Source: Mobula hypostoma (lineage: Eukaryota). Taken from it: DNA of 64,000 nucleotides. Numbering within the stretch: position 1 is the stretch's first letter; every line of letters begins with the position of its first letter. The notes beneath the pieces are model-generated. The model was not told where the DNA came from. It ran no database searches and saw only the letters and a list, made by a program, of their open reading frames with translations. Position numbers and translations under genes: made by a program. Below are positions 1 to 15,000 of this stretch, piece by piece. The stretch spans positions 35,404,001-35,468,000 of the forward strand of contig NC_086108.1 of the NCBI RefSeq assembly GCF_963921235.1, given 5' to 3'.

Positions 1-3000
1 TCCTCCCTTCAGTACAATACAGTACTCACTATCAGCCTACCATCCTCACTTCAGTACAATACAGTGCTCACCATCAGTCTACCGTCCTTCCCACAGTACA
101 ATACAGTGCTCATCATCAGCCTACCGTCCTCCCTTCAGTACAATACAGTGCTCATCATCAGCCTACCATCCTCCCTTCAGTACAATACAGTGCTCACCAT
201 CAGCCTACCGTCCTCTCTTCAGTACAATACAGCACTCACCATCAGCCTATTGTCCTCCCTTCAGTACAATACAGTGCTCACCATCAGCCTACCGTCCTCC
301 CTTCAGTACAAGACAGTGCTCACTATCAGACTACCGTCCTCCCTTCAGTACAATACAGTACTCACCATGAGACTACCGTCCTACCTTCAGTACAATTCAT
401 CGCTCACCATCAGCCTCTTGTCCTCCCCACAGAACAATACAGTGATCACCCTCAGCCTACCGTCCTCAATTCAGTACAATACAGTGCTCACTATCAGCCT
501 ATCGTCCTCTCTTCAGTACAATACAGTGCTCACCATCAGCCTACCATCCTCCCCACAGTACAATACAGCACTCACCATCAGCCTACTGTCCTTCCCACAG
601 TAGAATACAGCTTTCACCATCAGCCTATCATCCTCCCTTCAGTAGAATACAGTTCTCACCCTAAGCCTACCGTCCTCACTTCAGTACAATACAGTTCTCA
701 CTCTCAGCCTACCGTCCTCCCCACAGTACAATACAGTGCTCACTATCAGACTACCATCCTCCCTTCAGTACAATACAGTACTCACCATGAGACTACCGTC
801 CTACCTTCAGTACAATACAGTGCTCACTATCAGCCTACCGTCCTCCATTCAGTACAATACAGCACTCACCATCAGCCTACCGTCCTCCCTTCAGTACAAT
901 ACAGTGCTCACAATCAGCCTACCGTCCTCCCTTCAGTACAATACAATGCTCACCATCAGCCTACCGTCCTCCCTTCAGTACAATACTGTGCTCACTATCA
1001 GACTACCGTCCTCCCTTCAGTACAATACAGCACTCACCATCAGCCTACCGTCCTCCCTTCAATACAATACAGTGCTCACAATCAGCCTACCGTCCTCCCT
1101 TCAGTACAACACAGTGCTCACCATCAGCCTACCATCCTCTGTTCAGTACAATACAGCACTCACCATCAGCCTACCGTCCTCTCTTCAGTACGATACAGCA
1201 CTCACCATCAGCCTATTGTCCTCCCTTCAATACAATACAGTGCTCACCATCAGCCGACCGTGCTCCCCACGGAACAATACAGTGATCACCATCAGCCTAC
1301 CGTAGTCCATTCAGTATAATTCAGTGCTCACCATCACCCTACCGTATTCTCTTCAATACAATACAGCTTTCACCATCAGCCTATCATCCTCCCTTCAGTA
1401 CAATACAGTGCTCACCATCAGTCTACCGTCCTCACTTCAATACAATACAGTGATCACTATCAGCTTACCGTCCTCCCTTCAGTACGATACAGTGCTCGCC
1501 ATCAGCCTACCGTCCTCCCTTCAGTACAATACACTGCTCACCATCAGCCTACCGTCCTCCCTTCAGTACGATACAGTGCTCACCATCAGCCTACCGTCCT
1601 CCCTTCAGTATAATACTATGCTCACTATCAGACTACCGTCCTCCCTTCAGTACAATACTGTGCTCACTATCAGACTACCGTCCTCCCTTCAGTAAAATAC
1701 AGTACTCACCATGAGACTACCGTACCCCCTTCAGTACAATACTGTGCTCACTATCAGACTACCGTCCTCCCTTCAGTACAATACAACACTCACCATCAGC
1801 CTACCGTCCTCCCTTCAGTATAATACAGTGCTCACCATCAGCCTACCGTCCTCCCTTCAGTACAATACCGTGCTCACTTTCAGACTACCATCCTCCCTTC
1901 AGTACAATACAGTGCTCACCATCAGACTACCGTTCTCTCTTCAGTACAATACAGTGCTCACCATCAGCCTACCGTCCTCCCTTCAGTACAATACAGCACT
2001 CACCATCAGCCTATTGTCCTCCCTTCAGTACAATACAGTGCTCACCATCAGCCTACCGTCCTCACTTCAGTACAATACAGCACTCACCATCAGCCTATTG
2101 TCCTCCCTTCAGTACAATACAGTGCTCACCATCAGCCTACCGTCCTCCCTTCAGTACAATCCTGTGCACTTTCAGACTACCGTCCTCCCTTCAGTACAAT
2201 ACAGCACTCACCATCAGCCTACCGTCCTCCCTTCAATACAATACAGTGCTCACTATCAGCCTACCGTCCTCCCTTCAGTACAATCCTGTGCTCACTTTCA
2301 GACTACCGTCCTCCCTTCAGTACAATACAGCACTCACCATCAGCCTACCGTCCTCTCTTCAGTACAATACAGCACTCACCATCAGCCTACCGTCCTCCCT
2401 TCAATACAATACAGTGCTCACAATCAGCCAACCGTCCTCCCTTCAGTACAATACCGTGCTCACCATCAGCCTACCATCCTCCGTTCAGTACAATACAGCA
2501 CTCACCATCAGCCTACCGTCCTCTCTTCAGTACAATACAGCACTCACCATCAGCCTATTGTCCTCCCTTCAGTACAATACAGTGCTCACCATCAGCCTAC
2601 CGTGCTCCCCACGGAACAATACAGTGATCACCATCAGTCTACCGTCCATCCCACGGAACAATACAGTGATCACCATCAGCCTACCGTAGTCCCTTCAGTA
2701 TAATTCAGTGCTCACCATCACCCTACCGTATTCTCTTCAATACAATACAGCTTTCACCATCAGCCTATCATCCTCCCTTCAGTACAATACAGTGCTCACC
2801 ATCAGTCTACCGTCCTCCCTTCAGTACAATACACTGCTCACCATCAGCCTACCGTCCTCCCTTCAGTACGATACAGTGCTCACCATCAGCCTACCGTCCT
2901 CCCTTCAGTACAATACTATGCTCACGATCAGCCTACAGTCCTCCCTTCAGTACAATCCTGTGCACTTTCAGACTACCGTCCTCCCTTCAGTACAATACAG

Positions 3001-6000
3001 CACTCACCATCAGCCTACCGTCCTCCCTTCAATACAATACAGTGCTCACTATCAGCCTACCGTCCTCACTTCAGTACAATACAGTGCTCACCATCAGCCT
3101 ACCGTCCTCTCTTCAGTACAATACAGCACTCACCATCAGCCTACCGTCCCCCCTTCAATACAATACAGTGCTCACAATCAGCCTACCGTCCTCCCTTCAG
3201 TACAATACAGTGCTCACCATCAGCCTACCATCCTCCGTTCAGTACAATACAGCCCTCACCATCAGCCTACCGTCCTCTCTTCAGTACAATACAGCACTCA
3301 CCATCAGCCTATTGTCCTCCCTTCAGTACAATACAGTGCTCACCATCAGCCTACCGTGCTCCCCACGGAACAATACAGTGATCACCATCAGTCTACCGTC
3401 CATCCCACGGAACAATACAGTGATCACCATCAGCCTACCGTAGTCCCTTCAGTATAATTCAGTGCTCACCATCACCCTACCATATTCTCTTCAAGACAAT
3501 ACAGCTTTCACCATCAGCCTATCATCCTCCCTTCAGTACAATACAGTGCTCACCATCAGTCTACCGTCCTCACTTCAATACAATACAGTGATCACTATCT
3601 GCTTACCGTCCTCCCTTCAGTACGATACAGTGCTCGCCATCAGCCTACCGTCCTCCCTTCAGTACAATACACTGCTCACCATCAGCCTACCGTCCTCCCT
3701 TCAGTACGATACAGTGCTCACCATCAGCCTACCGTCCTCCCTTCAGTACAATACTATGCTCACTATCAGACTACCGTCCTCCCTTCAGTACAATAATGTG
3801 CTCACTATCAGACTACCGTCCTCCCTTCAGTAAAATACAGTACTCACCATGAGACTACCGTACTCCCTTCAGTACAATACTGTGCTCACTATCAGACTAC
3901 CGTCCTCCCTTCAGTACAATACAGCACTCACCATCAGCCTACCGTCCTCCCTTCAGTACAATACAGTGCTCACCATCAGCCTACCGTCCTCCCTTCAGTA
4001 CAATACTGTGCTCACTATCAGACTACCATCCTCCCTTCAGTACAATACAGTGATCACCATCAGACTACCGTTCTCCCTTCAGTACAATACAGTGCTCACC
4101 ATCAGCCTACCGTCCTCCCTTCAGTACAATACAGTGCTCACCATCAGCCTACCGTCCTCCCTTCAGTACAATACAGTGCTCACCATCAGCTTACCATCCT
4201 CCCTTCAGTACAATCCTGTGCTCACTTTCAGACTACCGTCCTCCCTTCAGTACAATACACAACTCACCATCAGCCTACCGTCCTCCCTTCAATACAATAC
4301 AGTGCTCACTATCAGCCTACCGTCCTCCCTTCAGTACAATACAGTGCTCACCATCAGCCTACCGTGCTCCCCACGGAACAATACAGTGATCACCATCAGT
4401 CTACCGTCCATCCCACGGAACAATACAGTGATCACCATCAGCCTACCGTAGTCCCTTCAGTATAATTCAGTGCTCACCATCACCCTACCGTATTCTCTTC
4501 AATACAATACAGCTTTCACCATCAGCCTATCATCCTCCCTTCAGTACAATACAGTGCTCACCATCAGTCTAACGTCCTCACTTCAATACAATACAGTGAT
4601 CACTATCAGCTTACCGTCCTCCCTTCAGTACGATACAGTGCTCGCCATCAGCCTACCGTCCTCCCTTCAGTACAATCCACTGCTCACCATCAGCCTACCG
4701 TCCTCCCTTCAGTACGATACAGTGCTCACCATCAGCCTACCGTCCTCCCTTCAGTACAATACTATGCTCACGATCAGCCTACCGTCCTCCCTTCAGTACA
4801 ATCCTGTGCACTTTCAGACTAACGTCCTCCCTTCAGTACAATACAGCACTCACCATCAGCCTACCGTCCTCCCTTCAATACAATACAGTGCTCACTATCA
4901 GCCTACCGTCCTCACTTCAGTACAATACAGTGCTCACCATCAGCCTACCGTCCTCTCTTCAGTACAATACAGCACTCACCATCAGCCTACCGTCCCCCCT
5001 TCAATACAATACAGTGCTCACAATCAGCCTACCGTCCTCCCTTCAGTACAATACAGTGCTCACCATTAGCCTACCATCCTCCGTTCAGTACAATACAGCA
5101 CTCACCATCAGCCTACCGTCCTCTCTTCAGTACAACACAGCACTCACCATCAGCCTATTGTCCTCCCTTCAGTACAATACAGTGCTCACCATCAGCCTAC
5201 CGTGCTCCCCACGGAACAATACAGTGATCACCATCAGTCTACTGTCCATCCCACGGAACAATACAGTGATCACCATCAGCCTACCGTAGTCCCTTCAGTA
5301 TAATTCAGTGCTCACCATCACCCTACCATATTCTCTTCAAGACAATACAGCTTTCACCATCAGCCTATCATCCTCCCTTCAGTACAATACAGTGCTCACC
5401 ATCAGTCTACCGTCCTCACTTCAATACAATACAGTTATCACTATCAGCTTACCGTCCTCCCTTCAGTACAATACACTGCTCACCATCAGCCTACCGTCCT
5501 CCCTTCAGTACGATACAGTGCTCACCATCAGCCTACCGTCCTCCCTTCAGTACAATACTGTGCTCACTATAAGACTACCATCCTCCCTTCAGTACAATAA
5601 TGTTCTCACTATCAGACTACCGTCCTCCCTTCAGTAAAATACAGTACTCACCATGAGACTACCGTACTCCCTTCAGTACAATACTGTGCTCACTATCAGA
5701 CTACCGTCCTCCCTTCAGTACAATACAGCACTCACCATCAGCCTACCGTCCTCCCTTCAATACAATACAGTGCTCACTATCAGCCTACCGTCCTCACTTC
5801 AGTACAATACAGTGCTCACCATCAGCCTACCGTCCTCTCTTCAGTACAATACAGCACTCACCATCAGCCTACCGTCCCCCCTTCAATACAATACAGTGCT
5901 CACAATCAGCCTACCGTCCTCCCTTCAGTACAATACAGTGCTCACCATCAGCCTACCATCCTCCGTTCAGTACAATACAGCCCTCACCATCAGCCTACCG

Positions 6001-9000
6001 TCCTCTCTTCAGTACAATACAGCACTCACCATCAGCCTATTGTCCTCCCTTCAGTACAATACAGTGCTCACCATCAGCCTACCGTGCTCCCCACGGAACA
6101 ATACAGTGATCACCATCAGTCTACCGTCCATCCCACGGAACAATACAGTGATCACCATCAGCCTACCGTAGTCCCTTCAGTATAATTCAGTGCTCACCAT
6201 CACCCTACCATATTCTCTTCAAGACAATACAGCTTTCACCATCAGCCTATCATCCTCCCTTCAGTACAATACAGTGCTCACCATCAGTCTACCGTCCTCA
6301 CTTCAATACAATACAGTGATCACTATCTGCTTACCGTCCTCCCTTCAGTACGATACAGTGCTCGCCATCAGCCTACCGTCCTCCCTTCAGTACAATACAC
6401 TGCTCACCATCAGCCTACCGTCCTCCCTTCAGTACGATACAGTGCTCACCATCAGCCTACCGTCCTCCCTTCAGTACAATACTATGCTCACTATCAGACT
6501 ACCGTCCTCCCTTCAGTACAATAATGTGCTCACTATCAGACTACCGTCCTCCCTTCAGTAAAATACAGTACTCACCATGAGACTACCGTACTCCCTTCAG
6601 TACAATACTGTGCTCACTATCAGACTACCGTCCTCCCTTCAGTACAATACAGCACTCACCATCAGCCTACCGTCCTCCCTTCAGTACAATACAGTGCTCA
6701 CCATCAGCCTACCGTCCTCCCTTCAGTACAATACTGTGCTCACTATCAGACTACCATCCTCCCTTCAGTACAATACAGTGATCACCATCAGACTACCGTT
6801 CTCCCTTCAGTACAATACAGTGCTCACCATCAGCCTACCGTCCTCCCTTCAGTACAATACAGTGCTCACCATCAGCCTACCGTCCTCCCTTCAGTACAAT
6901 ACAGTGCTCACCATCAGCTTACCATCCTCCCTTCAGTACAATCCTGTGCTCACTTTCAGATTACCGTCCTCCCTTCAGTACAATACACAACTCACCATCA
7001 GCCTACCGTCCTCCCTTCAATACAATACAGTGCTCACTATCAGCCTACCGTCCTCCCTTCAGTACAATACAGTGCTCACCATCAGCCTACCGTGCTCCCC
7101 AGGGAACAATACAGTGATCACCATCAGTCTACCGTCCATCCCACGGAACAATACAGTGATCACCATCAGCCTACCGTAGTCCCTTCAGTATAATTCAGTG
7201 CTCACCATCACCCTACCGTATTCTCTTCAATACAATACAGCTTTCACCATCAGCCTATCATCCTCCCTTCATTACAATACAGTGCTCACCATCAGTCTAA
7301 CGTCCTCACTTCAATACAATACAGTGATCACTATCAGCTTACCGTCCTCCCTTCAGTACAATACAGTGCTCACCATCAGCCTACCGTCCTCCCTTCAGTA
7401 CAATACACTGCTCACCATCAGCCTACCGTCCTCCCTTCAGTACAATACAGTGCTCACCATCAGCCTACCGTCCTCCCTTCAGTACAATACAGTGCTCACC
7501 ATCAGCCTACCGTCCTCCCTTCAGTACAATCCTGTGCACTTTCAGACTACCGTCCTCCCTTCAGTACAATACAGCACTCACCATCAGCCTACCGTCCTCC
7601 CTTCAATACAATACAGTGCTCACTATCAGCCTACCGTCCTCACTTCAGTACAATACAGTGCTCACCATCAGCCTACCGTCCTCTCTTCAGTACAATACAG
7701 CACTCACCATCAGCCTACCGTCCCCCCTTCAATACAATACAGTGCTCACAATCAGCCTACAGTCCTCCCTTCAGTACAATACAGTGCTCACCATCAGCCT
7801 ACCATCCTCCGTTCAGTACAATACAGCACTCACCATCAGCCTACCGTCCTCTCTTCAGTACAATACAGCACTCACCATCAGCCTATTGTCCTCCCTTCAG
7901 TACAATACAGTGCTCACCATCAGCCTACCGTGCTCCCCACGGAACAATACAGTGATCACCATCAGTCTACCGTCCATCCCACGGAACAATACAGTGATCA
8001 CCATCAGCCTACCGTAGTCCCTTCAGTATAATTCAGTGCTCACCATCACCCTACCATATTCTCTTCAAGACAATACAGCTTTCACCATCAGCCTATCATC
8101 CTCCCTTCAGTACAATACAGTGCTCACCATCAGTCTACCGTCCTCACTTCAATACAATACAGTGATCACTATCAGCTTACCGTCCTCCCTTCAGTACAAT
8201 ACACTGCTCACCATCAGCCTACCGTCCTCCCTTCAGTACGATACAGTGCTCACCATCAGCCTACCGTCCTCCCTTCAGTACAATACTGTGCTCACTATAA
8301 GACTACCATCCTCCCTTCAGTACAATAATGTGCTCACTATCAGACTACCGTCCTCCCTTCAGTAAAATACAGTACTCACCATGAGACTACCGTACTCCCT
8401 TCAGTACAATACTGTGCTCACTATCAGACTACCGTCCTCCCTTCAGTACAATACAGCACTCACCATCAGCCTACCGTCCTCCCTTCAGTACAATACAGTG
8501 CTCACCATCAGCCTACCGTCCTCCCTTCAGTACAATACTGTGCTCACTATCAGACTACCATCCTCCCTTCAGTACAATACAGTGCTCACCATCAGACTAC
8601 CGTTCTCCCTTCAGTACAATACAGTGCTCACCATCAGCCTACCGTCCTCCCTTCAGTACAATACAGTGCTCACCATCAGCCTACCGTCCTTCCTTCAGTA
8701 CAATACAGTGCTCACCATCAGCTTACCATCCTCCCTTCAGTACAATCCTGTGCTCACTTTCAGACTACAGTCCTCCCTTCAGTACAATACAGCACTCACC
8801 ATCAGCCTACCGTCCTCCCTTCAATACAATACAGTGCTCACTATCAGCCTACCGTCCTCCCTTCAGTACAATACAGTGCTGACCATCAGCCTACCGTCCT
8901 CCGTTCAGTACAATACAGCACTCACCATCAGCCTACCGTCCTCTCTTCAGTACAATACAACACTCACCATCAGCCTACCGTCCTCACTTCAGTACAATAC

Positions 9001-12000
9001 AGTGCTCACCATCAGCCTACCGTCCTCCCTTCAGTACAATACAGCACTCACCATCAGCCTATTGTCCTCCCTTCAGTACAATACAGTGCTCACCATCAGC
9101 CTACCGTCCTCCCTTCAGTACAATCCTGTGCACTTTCAGACTACCGTCCTCCCTTCAGTACAATACAGCACTCACCATCAGCCTACCGTCCTCTCTTCAG
9201 TACAATACAGCACTCACCATCAGCCTACCGTCCCCCCTTCAATACAATACAGTGCTCACAATCAGCCTACCGTCCTCCCTTCAGTACAATACAGTGCTCA
9301 CCATCAGCCTACCGTGCTCCCCACGGAACAATACAGTGATCACCATCAGTCTACCGTCCATCCCACGGAACAATACAGTGATCACCATCAGCCTACCGTA
9401 GTCCCTTCAGTATAATTCAGTGCTCACCATCACCCTACCGTATTCTCTTCAATACAATACAGCTTTCACCATCAGCCTATCATCCTCCCTTCAGTACAAT
9501 ACAGTGCTCACCATCAGTCTACCGTCCTCACTTCAATACAATACAGTGATCACTATCAGCTTACCGTCCTCCCTTCAGTACGATACAGTGCTCGCCATCA
9601 GCCTACCGTCCTCCCTTCAGTACAATACACTGCTCACCATCAGCCTACCGTCCTCCCTTCAGTACCATACTATGCTCACGATCAGCCTACCGTCCTCCCT
9701 TCAGTACAATCCTGTGCACTTTCAGACTACCGTCCTCCCTTCAGTACAATACAGCACTCACCATCAGCCTACCGTCCTCCCTTCAATACAATACAGTGCT
9801 CACTATCAGCCTACCTTCCTCACTTCAGTACAATACAGTGCTCACCATCAGCCTACCGTCCTCTCTTCAGTACAATACAGCACTCACCATCAGCCTACCG
9901 TCCCCCCTTCAATACAATACAGTGCTCACAATCAGCCTACCGTCCTCCCTTCAGTACAATACACTGCTCACCATCAGCCTACCATCCTCCGTTCAGTACA
10001 ATACAGCACTCACCATCAGCCTACCGTCCTCTCTTCAGTACAATACAGCACTCACCATCAGCCTATTGTCCTCCCTTCAGTACAATACAGTGCTCACCAT
10101 CAGCCTACCGTGCTCCCCACGGAACAATACAGTGATCACCATCAGTCTACCGTCCATCCCACGGAACAATACAGTGATCACCATCAGCCTACCGTAGTCC
10201 CTTCAGTATAATTCAGTGCTCACCATCACCCTACCATATTCTCTTCAAGACAATACAGCTTTCACCATCAGCCTATCATCCTCCCTTCAGTACAATACAG
10301 TGCTCACCATCAGTCTACCGTCCTCACTTCAATACAATACAGTGATCACTATCAGCTTACCGTCCTCCCTTCAGTACGATACAGTGCTCGCCATCAGCCT
10401 ACCGTCCTCCCTTCAGTACAATACACTGCTCACCATCAGCCTACCGTCCTCCCTTCAGTACGATACAGTGCTCACCATCAGCCTACCGTCCTCCCTTCAG
10501 TACAATACTATGCTCACTATCAGACTACCATCCTCCCTTCAGTACAATAATGTGCTCACTATCAGACTACCATCCTCCCTTCAGTAAAATACAGTACTCA
10601 CCATGAGACTACCGTACTCCCTTCAGTACAATACTGTGCTCACTATCAGACTACCATCCTCCCTTCAGTACAATACAGCACTCACCATCAGCCTACCGTC
10701 CTCCCTTCAGTACAATACAGTGCTCACCATCAGCCTACCGTCCTCCCTTCAGTACAATACTGTGCTCACTATCAGACTACCATCCTCCCTTCAGTACAAT
10801 ACAGTGCTCACCATCAGACTACCGTTCTCCCTTCAGTACAATACAGTGCTCACCATCAGCCTACCGTCCTCCCTTCAGTACAATACAGTGCTCACCATCA
10901 GCCTACCGTCCTCCCTTCAGTACAATACAGTGCTCACCATCAGCTTACCATCCTCCCTTCAGTACAATCCTGTGCTCACTTTCAGAGTACCGACCTCCCT
11001 TCAGTACAATACAGCACTCACCATCAGCCTACCGTCCTCCCTTCAATACAATACAGTGCTCACTATCAGCCTACCGTCCTCCCTTCAGTACAATACAGTG
11101 CTGACCATCAGCCTACCGTCCTCCGTTCAGTACAATACAGCACTCACCATCAGCCTACCGTCCTCTCTTCAGTACAATACAGCACTCACCATCAGCCTAC
11201 TGTCCTCACTTCAGTACAATACAGTGCTCACCATCAGCCTACTGTCCTCCCTTCAGTACAATACAGCACTCACCATCAGCCTATTGTCCTCCCTTCAGGA
11301 CAATACAGTGCTCACCATCAGCCTACCGTCCTCCCTTCAGTACAATCCTGTGCACTTTCAGACTACCGTCCTCCCTTCAGTACAATACAGCACTCACCAT
11401 CAGCCTACCGTCCTCTCTTCAGTACAATACAGCACTCACCATCAGCCTACCGTCCTCCCTTCAATACAATACAGTGCTCACAATCAGCCTACCGTCCTCC
11501 CTTCAGTACAATACCGTGCTCACCATCAGCCTACCATCCTCCGTTCATTACAATACAGCACTCACCATCAGCCTACCGTCCTCTCTTCAGTACAATACAG
11601 CACTCACCATCAGCCTATTGTCCTCCCTTCAGTACAATACAGTGCTCACCATCAGCCTACCGTCCTCCCTTCAGTACAATACAGTGCTCACCATCAGTCT
11701 ACCGTCCTCCCTTCAGTACAATACTGTGCTCACTATCAGACTACCGTCCTCCCTTCAGTACAATACTGTGCTCACTATCAGACTACCATCCTCCCTTCAG
11801 TACAATACAGTGCTCACCATCAGACTACCGTTCTCCCTTCAGTACAATACAGTGCTCACCATCAGCCTACCGTCCTCCCTTCAGTACAATACAGTGCTCA
11901 CCATCAGCCTACCGTCCTTCCTTCAGTACAATACATTGCTCACCATCAGCTTACCATCCTCCCTTCAGTACAATCCTGTGCTCACTTTCAGACTACCGTC

Positions 12001-15000
12001 CTCCCTTCAGTACAATACAGCACTCACCATCAGCCTACCGTCCTCCCTTCAATACAATACAGTGCTCACTATCAGCCTACCGTCCTCCCTTCAGTACAAT
12101 ACAGTGCTGACCATCAGCCTACCGTCCTCCGTTCAGTACAATACAGCACTCACCATCAGCCTACCGTCCTCTCTTCAGTACAATACAGCACTCACCATCA
12201 GCCTACCGTCCTCACTTCAGTACAATACAGTGCTCACCATCAGCCTACCGTCCTCCCTTCAGTACAATACAGCACTCACCATCAGCCTATTGTCCTCCCT
12301 TCAGTACAATACAGTGCTCACCATCAGCCTACCGTCCTCCCTTCAGTACAATCCTGTGCACTTTCAGACTACCGTCCTCCCTTCAGTACAATACAGCACT
12401 CACCATCAGCCTACCGTCCTCTCTTCAGTACAATACAGCACTCACCATCAGCCTACCGTCCTCCCTTCAATACAATACAGTGCTCACAATCAGCCTACCG
12501 TCCTCCCTTCAGTACAATACCGTGCTCACCATCAGCCTACCATCCTCCGTTCAGTACAATACAGCACTCACCATCAGCCTACCGTCCTCTCTTCAGTACA
12601 ATACAGCACTCACCATCAGCCTATTGTCCTCCCTTCAGTACAATACAGTGCTCACCATCAGCCTACCGTGCTCCCCACGGAACAATACAGTGATCACCAT
12701 CAGTCTACCGTCCATCCCACGGAACAATACAGTGATCACCATCAGCCTACCGTAGTCCCTTCAGTATAATTCAGTGCTCACCATCACCCTACCGTATTCT
12801 CTTCAATACAATACAGCTTTCACCATCAGCCTATCATCCTCCCTTCAGTACAATACAGTGCTCACCATCAGTCTACCGTCCTCACTTCAATACAATACAG
12901 TGATCACTATCAGCTTACCGTCCTCCCTTCAGTACGATACAGTGCTCGCCATCAGCCTACCGTCCTCCCTTCAGTACAATACACTGCTCACCATCAGCCT
13001 ACCGTCCTCCCTTCAGTACCATACTATGCTCACGATCAGCCTACCGTCCTCCCTTCAGTACAATACTGTGCTCACTTTCAGACTACCGTCCTCCCTTCAG
13101 TACAATACAGCTCTCACCATCAGCCTACCGTCCTCCCTTCAATACAATACAGTGCTCACTATCAGCCTACCGTCCTCACTTCAGTACAATACAGTGCTCA
13201 CCATCAGCCTACCGTCCTCTCTTCAGTACAATACAGCACTCACCATCAGCCTACCGTCCCCCCTTCAATACAATACAGTGCTCACAATCAGCCTACCGTC
13301 CTCCCTTCAGTACAATACAGTGCTCACCATCAGCCTACCATCCTCCGTTCAGTACAATACAGCACTCACCATCAGCCTACCGTCCTCTCTTCAGTACAAT
13401 ACAGCACTCACAATCAGCCTATTGTCCTCCCTTCAGTACAATACAGTGCTCACCATCAGCCTACCGTGCTCCCCACGGAACAATACAGTGATCACCATCA
13501 GTCTACCGTCCATCCCACGGAACAATACAGTGATCACCATCAGCCTACCGTAGTCCCTTCAGTATAATTCACTGCTCACCATCACCCTACCATATTCTCT
13601 TCAAGACAATACAGCTTTCACCATCAGCCTATCATCCTCCCTTCAGTACAATACAGTGCTCACCATCAGTCTACCGTCCTCACTTCAATACAATACAGTG
13701 ATCACTATCAGCTTACCGTCCTCCCTTCAGTACGATACAGTGCTCGCCATCAGCCTACCGTCCTCCCTTCAGTACAATACACTGCTCACCATCAGCCTAC
13801 CGTCCTCCCTTCAGTACAATACAGTGCTCACCATCAGCCTACCGTCCTCCCTTCAGTACAATACTATGCTCACTATCAGACTACCATCCTCCCTTCAGTA
13901 CAATAATGTGCTCACTATCAGACTACCGTCCTCCCTTCAGTAAAATACAGTACTCACCATGAGACTACCGTACTCCCTTCAGTACAATACTGTGCTCACT
14001 ATCAGACTACCGTCCTCCCTTCAGTACAATACAGCACTCACCATCAGCCTACCGTCCTCCCTTCAGTACAATACAGTGCTCACCATCAGCCTACCGTCCT
14101 CCCTTCAGTACAATACTGTGCTCACTATCAGACTACCATTCTCCCTTCAGTACAATACAGTGCTCACCATCAGACTACCGTTCTCCCTTCAGTACAATAC
14201 AGTGCTCACCATCAACCTACCGTCCTCCCTTCAGTACAATACAGTGCTCACCATCAGCCTACCGTCCTCCCTTCAGTACAATACAGTGCTCACCATCAGC
14301 TTACCATCCTCCCTTCAGTACAATCCTGTGCTCACTTTCAGAGTACCGACCTCCCTTCAGTACAATACAGCACTCACCATCAGCCTACCGTCCTCCCTTC
14401 AATACAATACAGTGCTCACTATCAGCCTACCGTCCTCCCTTCAGTACAATACAGTGCTGACCATCAGCCTACCGTCCTCCGTTCAGTACAATACAGCACT
14501 CACCATCAGCCTACCGTCCTCTCTTCAGTACAATACAGCACTCACCATCAGCCTACCGTCCTCACTTCAGTACAATACAGTGCTCACCATCAGCCTACCG
14601 TCCTCCCTTCAGTACAATACAGCACTCACCATCAGCCTATTGTCCTCCCTTCAGGACAATACAGTGCTCACCATCAGCCTACCGTCCTCCCTTCAGTACA
14701 ATCCTGTGCACTTTCAGACTACCGTCCTCCCTTCAGTACAATACAGCACTCACCATCAGCCTACCGTCCTCTCTTCAGTACAATACAGCACTCACCATCA
14801 GCCTACCGTCCCCCCTTCAATACAATACAGTGCTCACAATCAGCCTACCGTCCTCCCTTCAGTACAATACACTGCTCACCATCAGCCTACCATCCTCCGT
14901 TCAGTACAATACAGCACTCACCATCAGCCTACCGTCCTCTCTTCAGTACAATACAGCACTCACCATCAGCCTATTGTCCTCCCTTCAGTACAATACAGTG

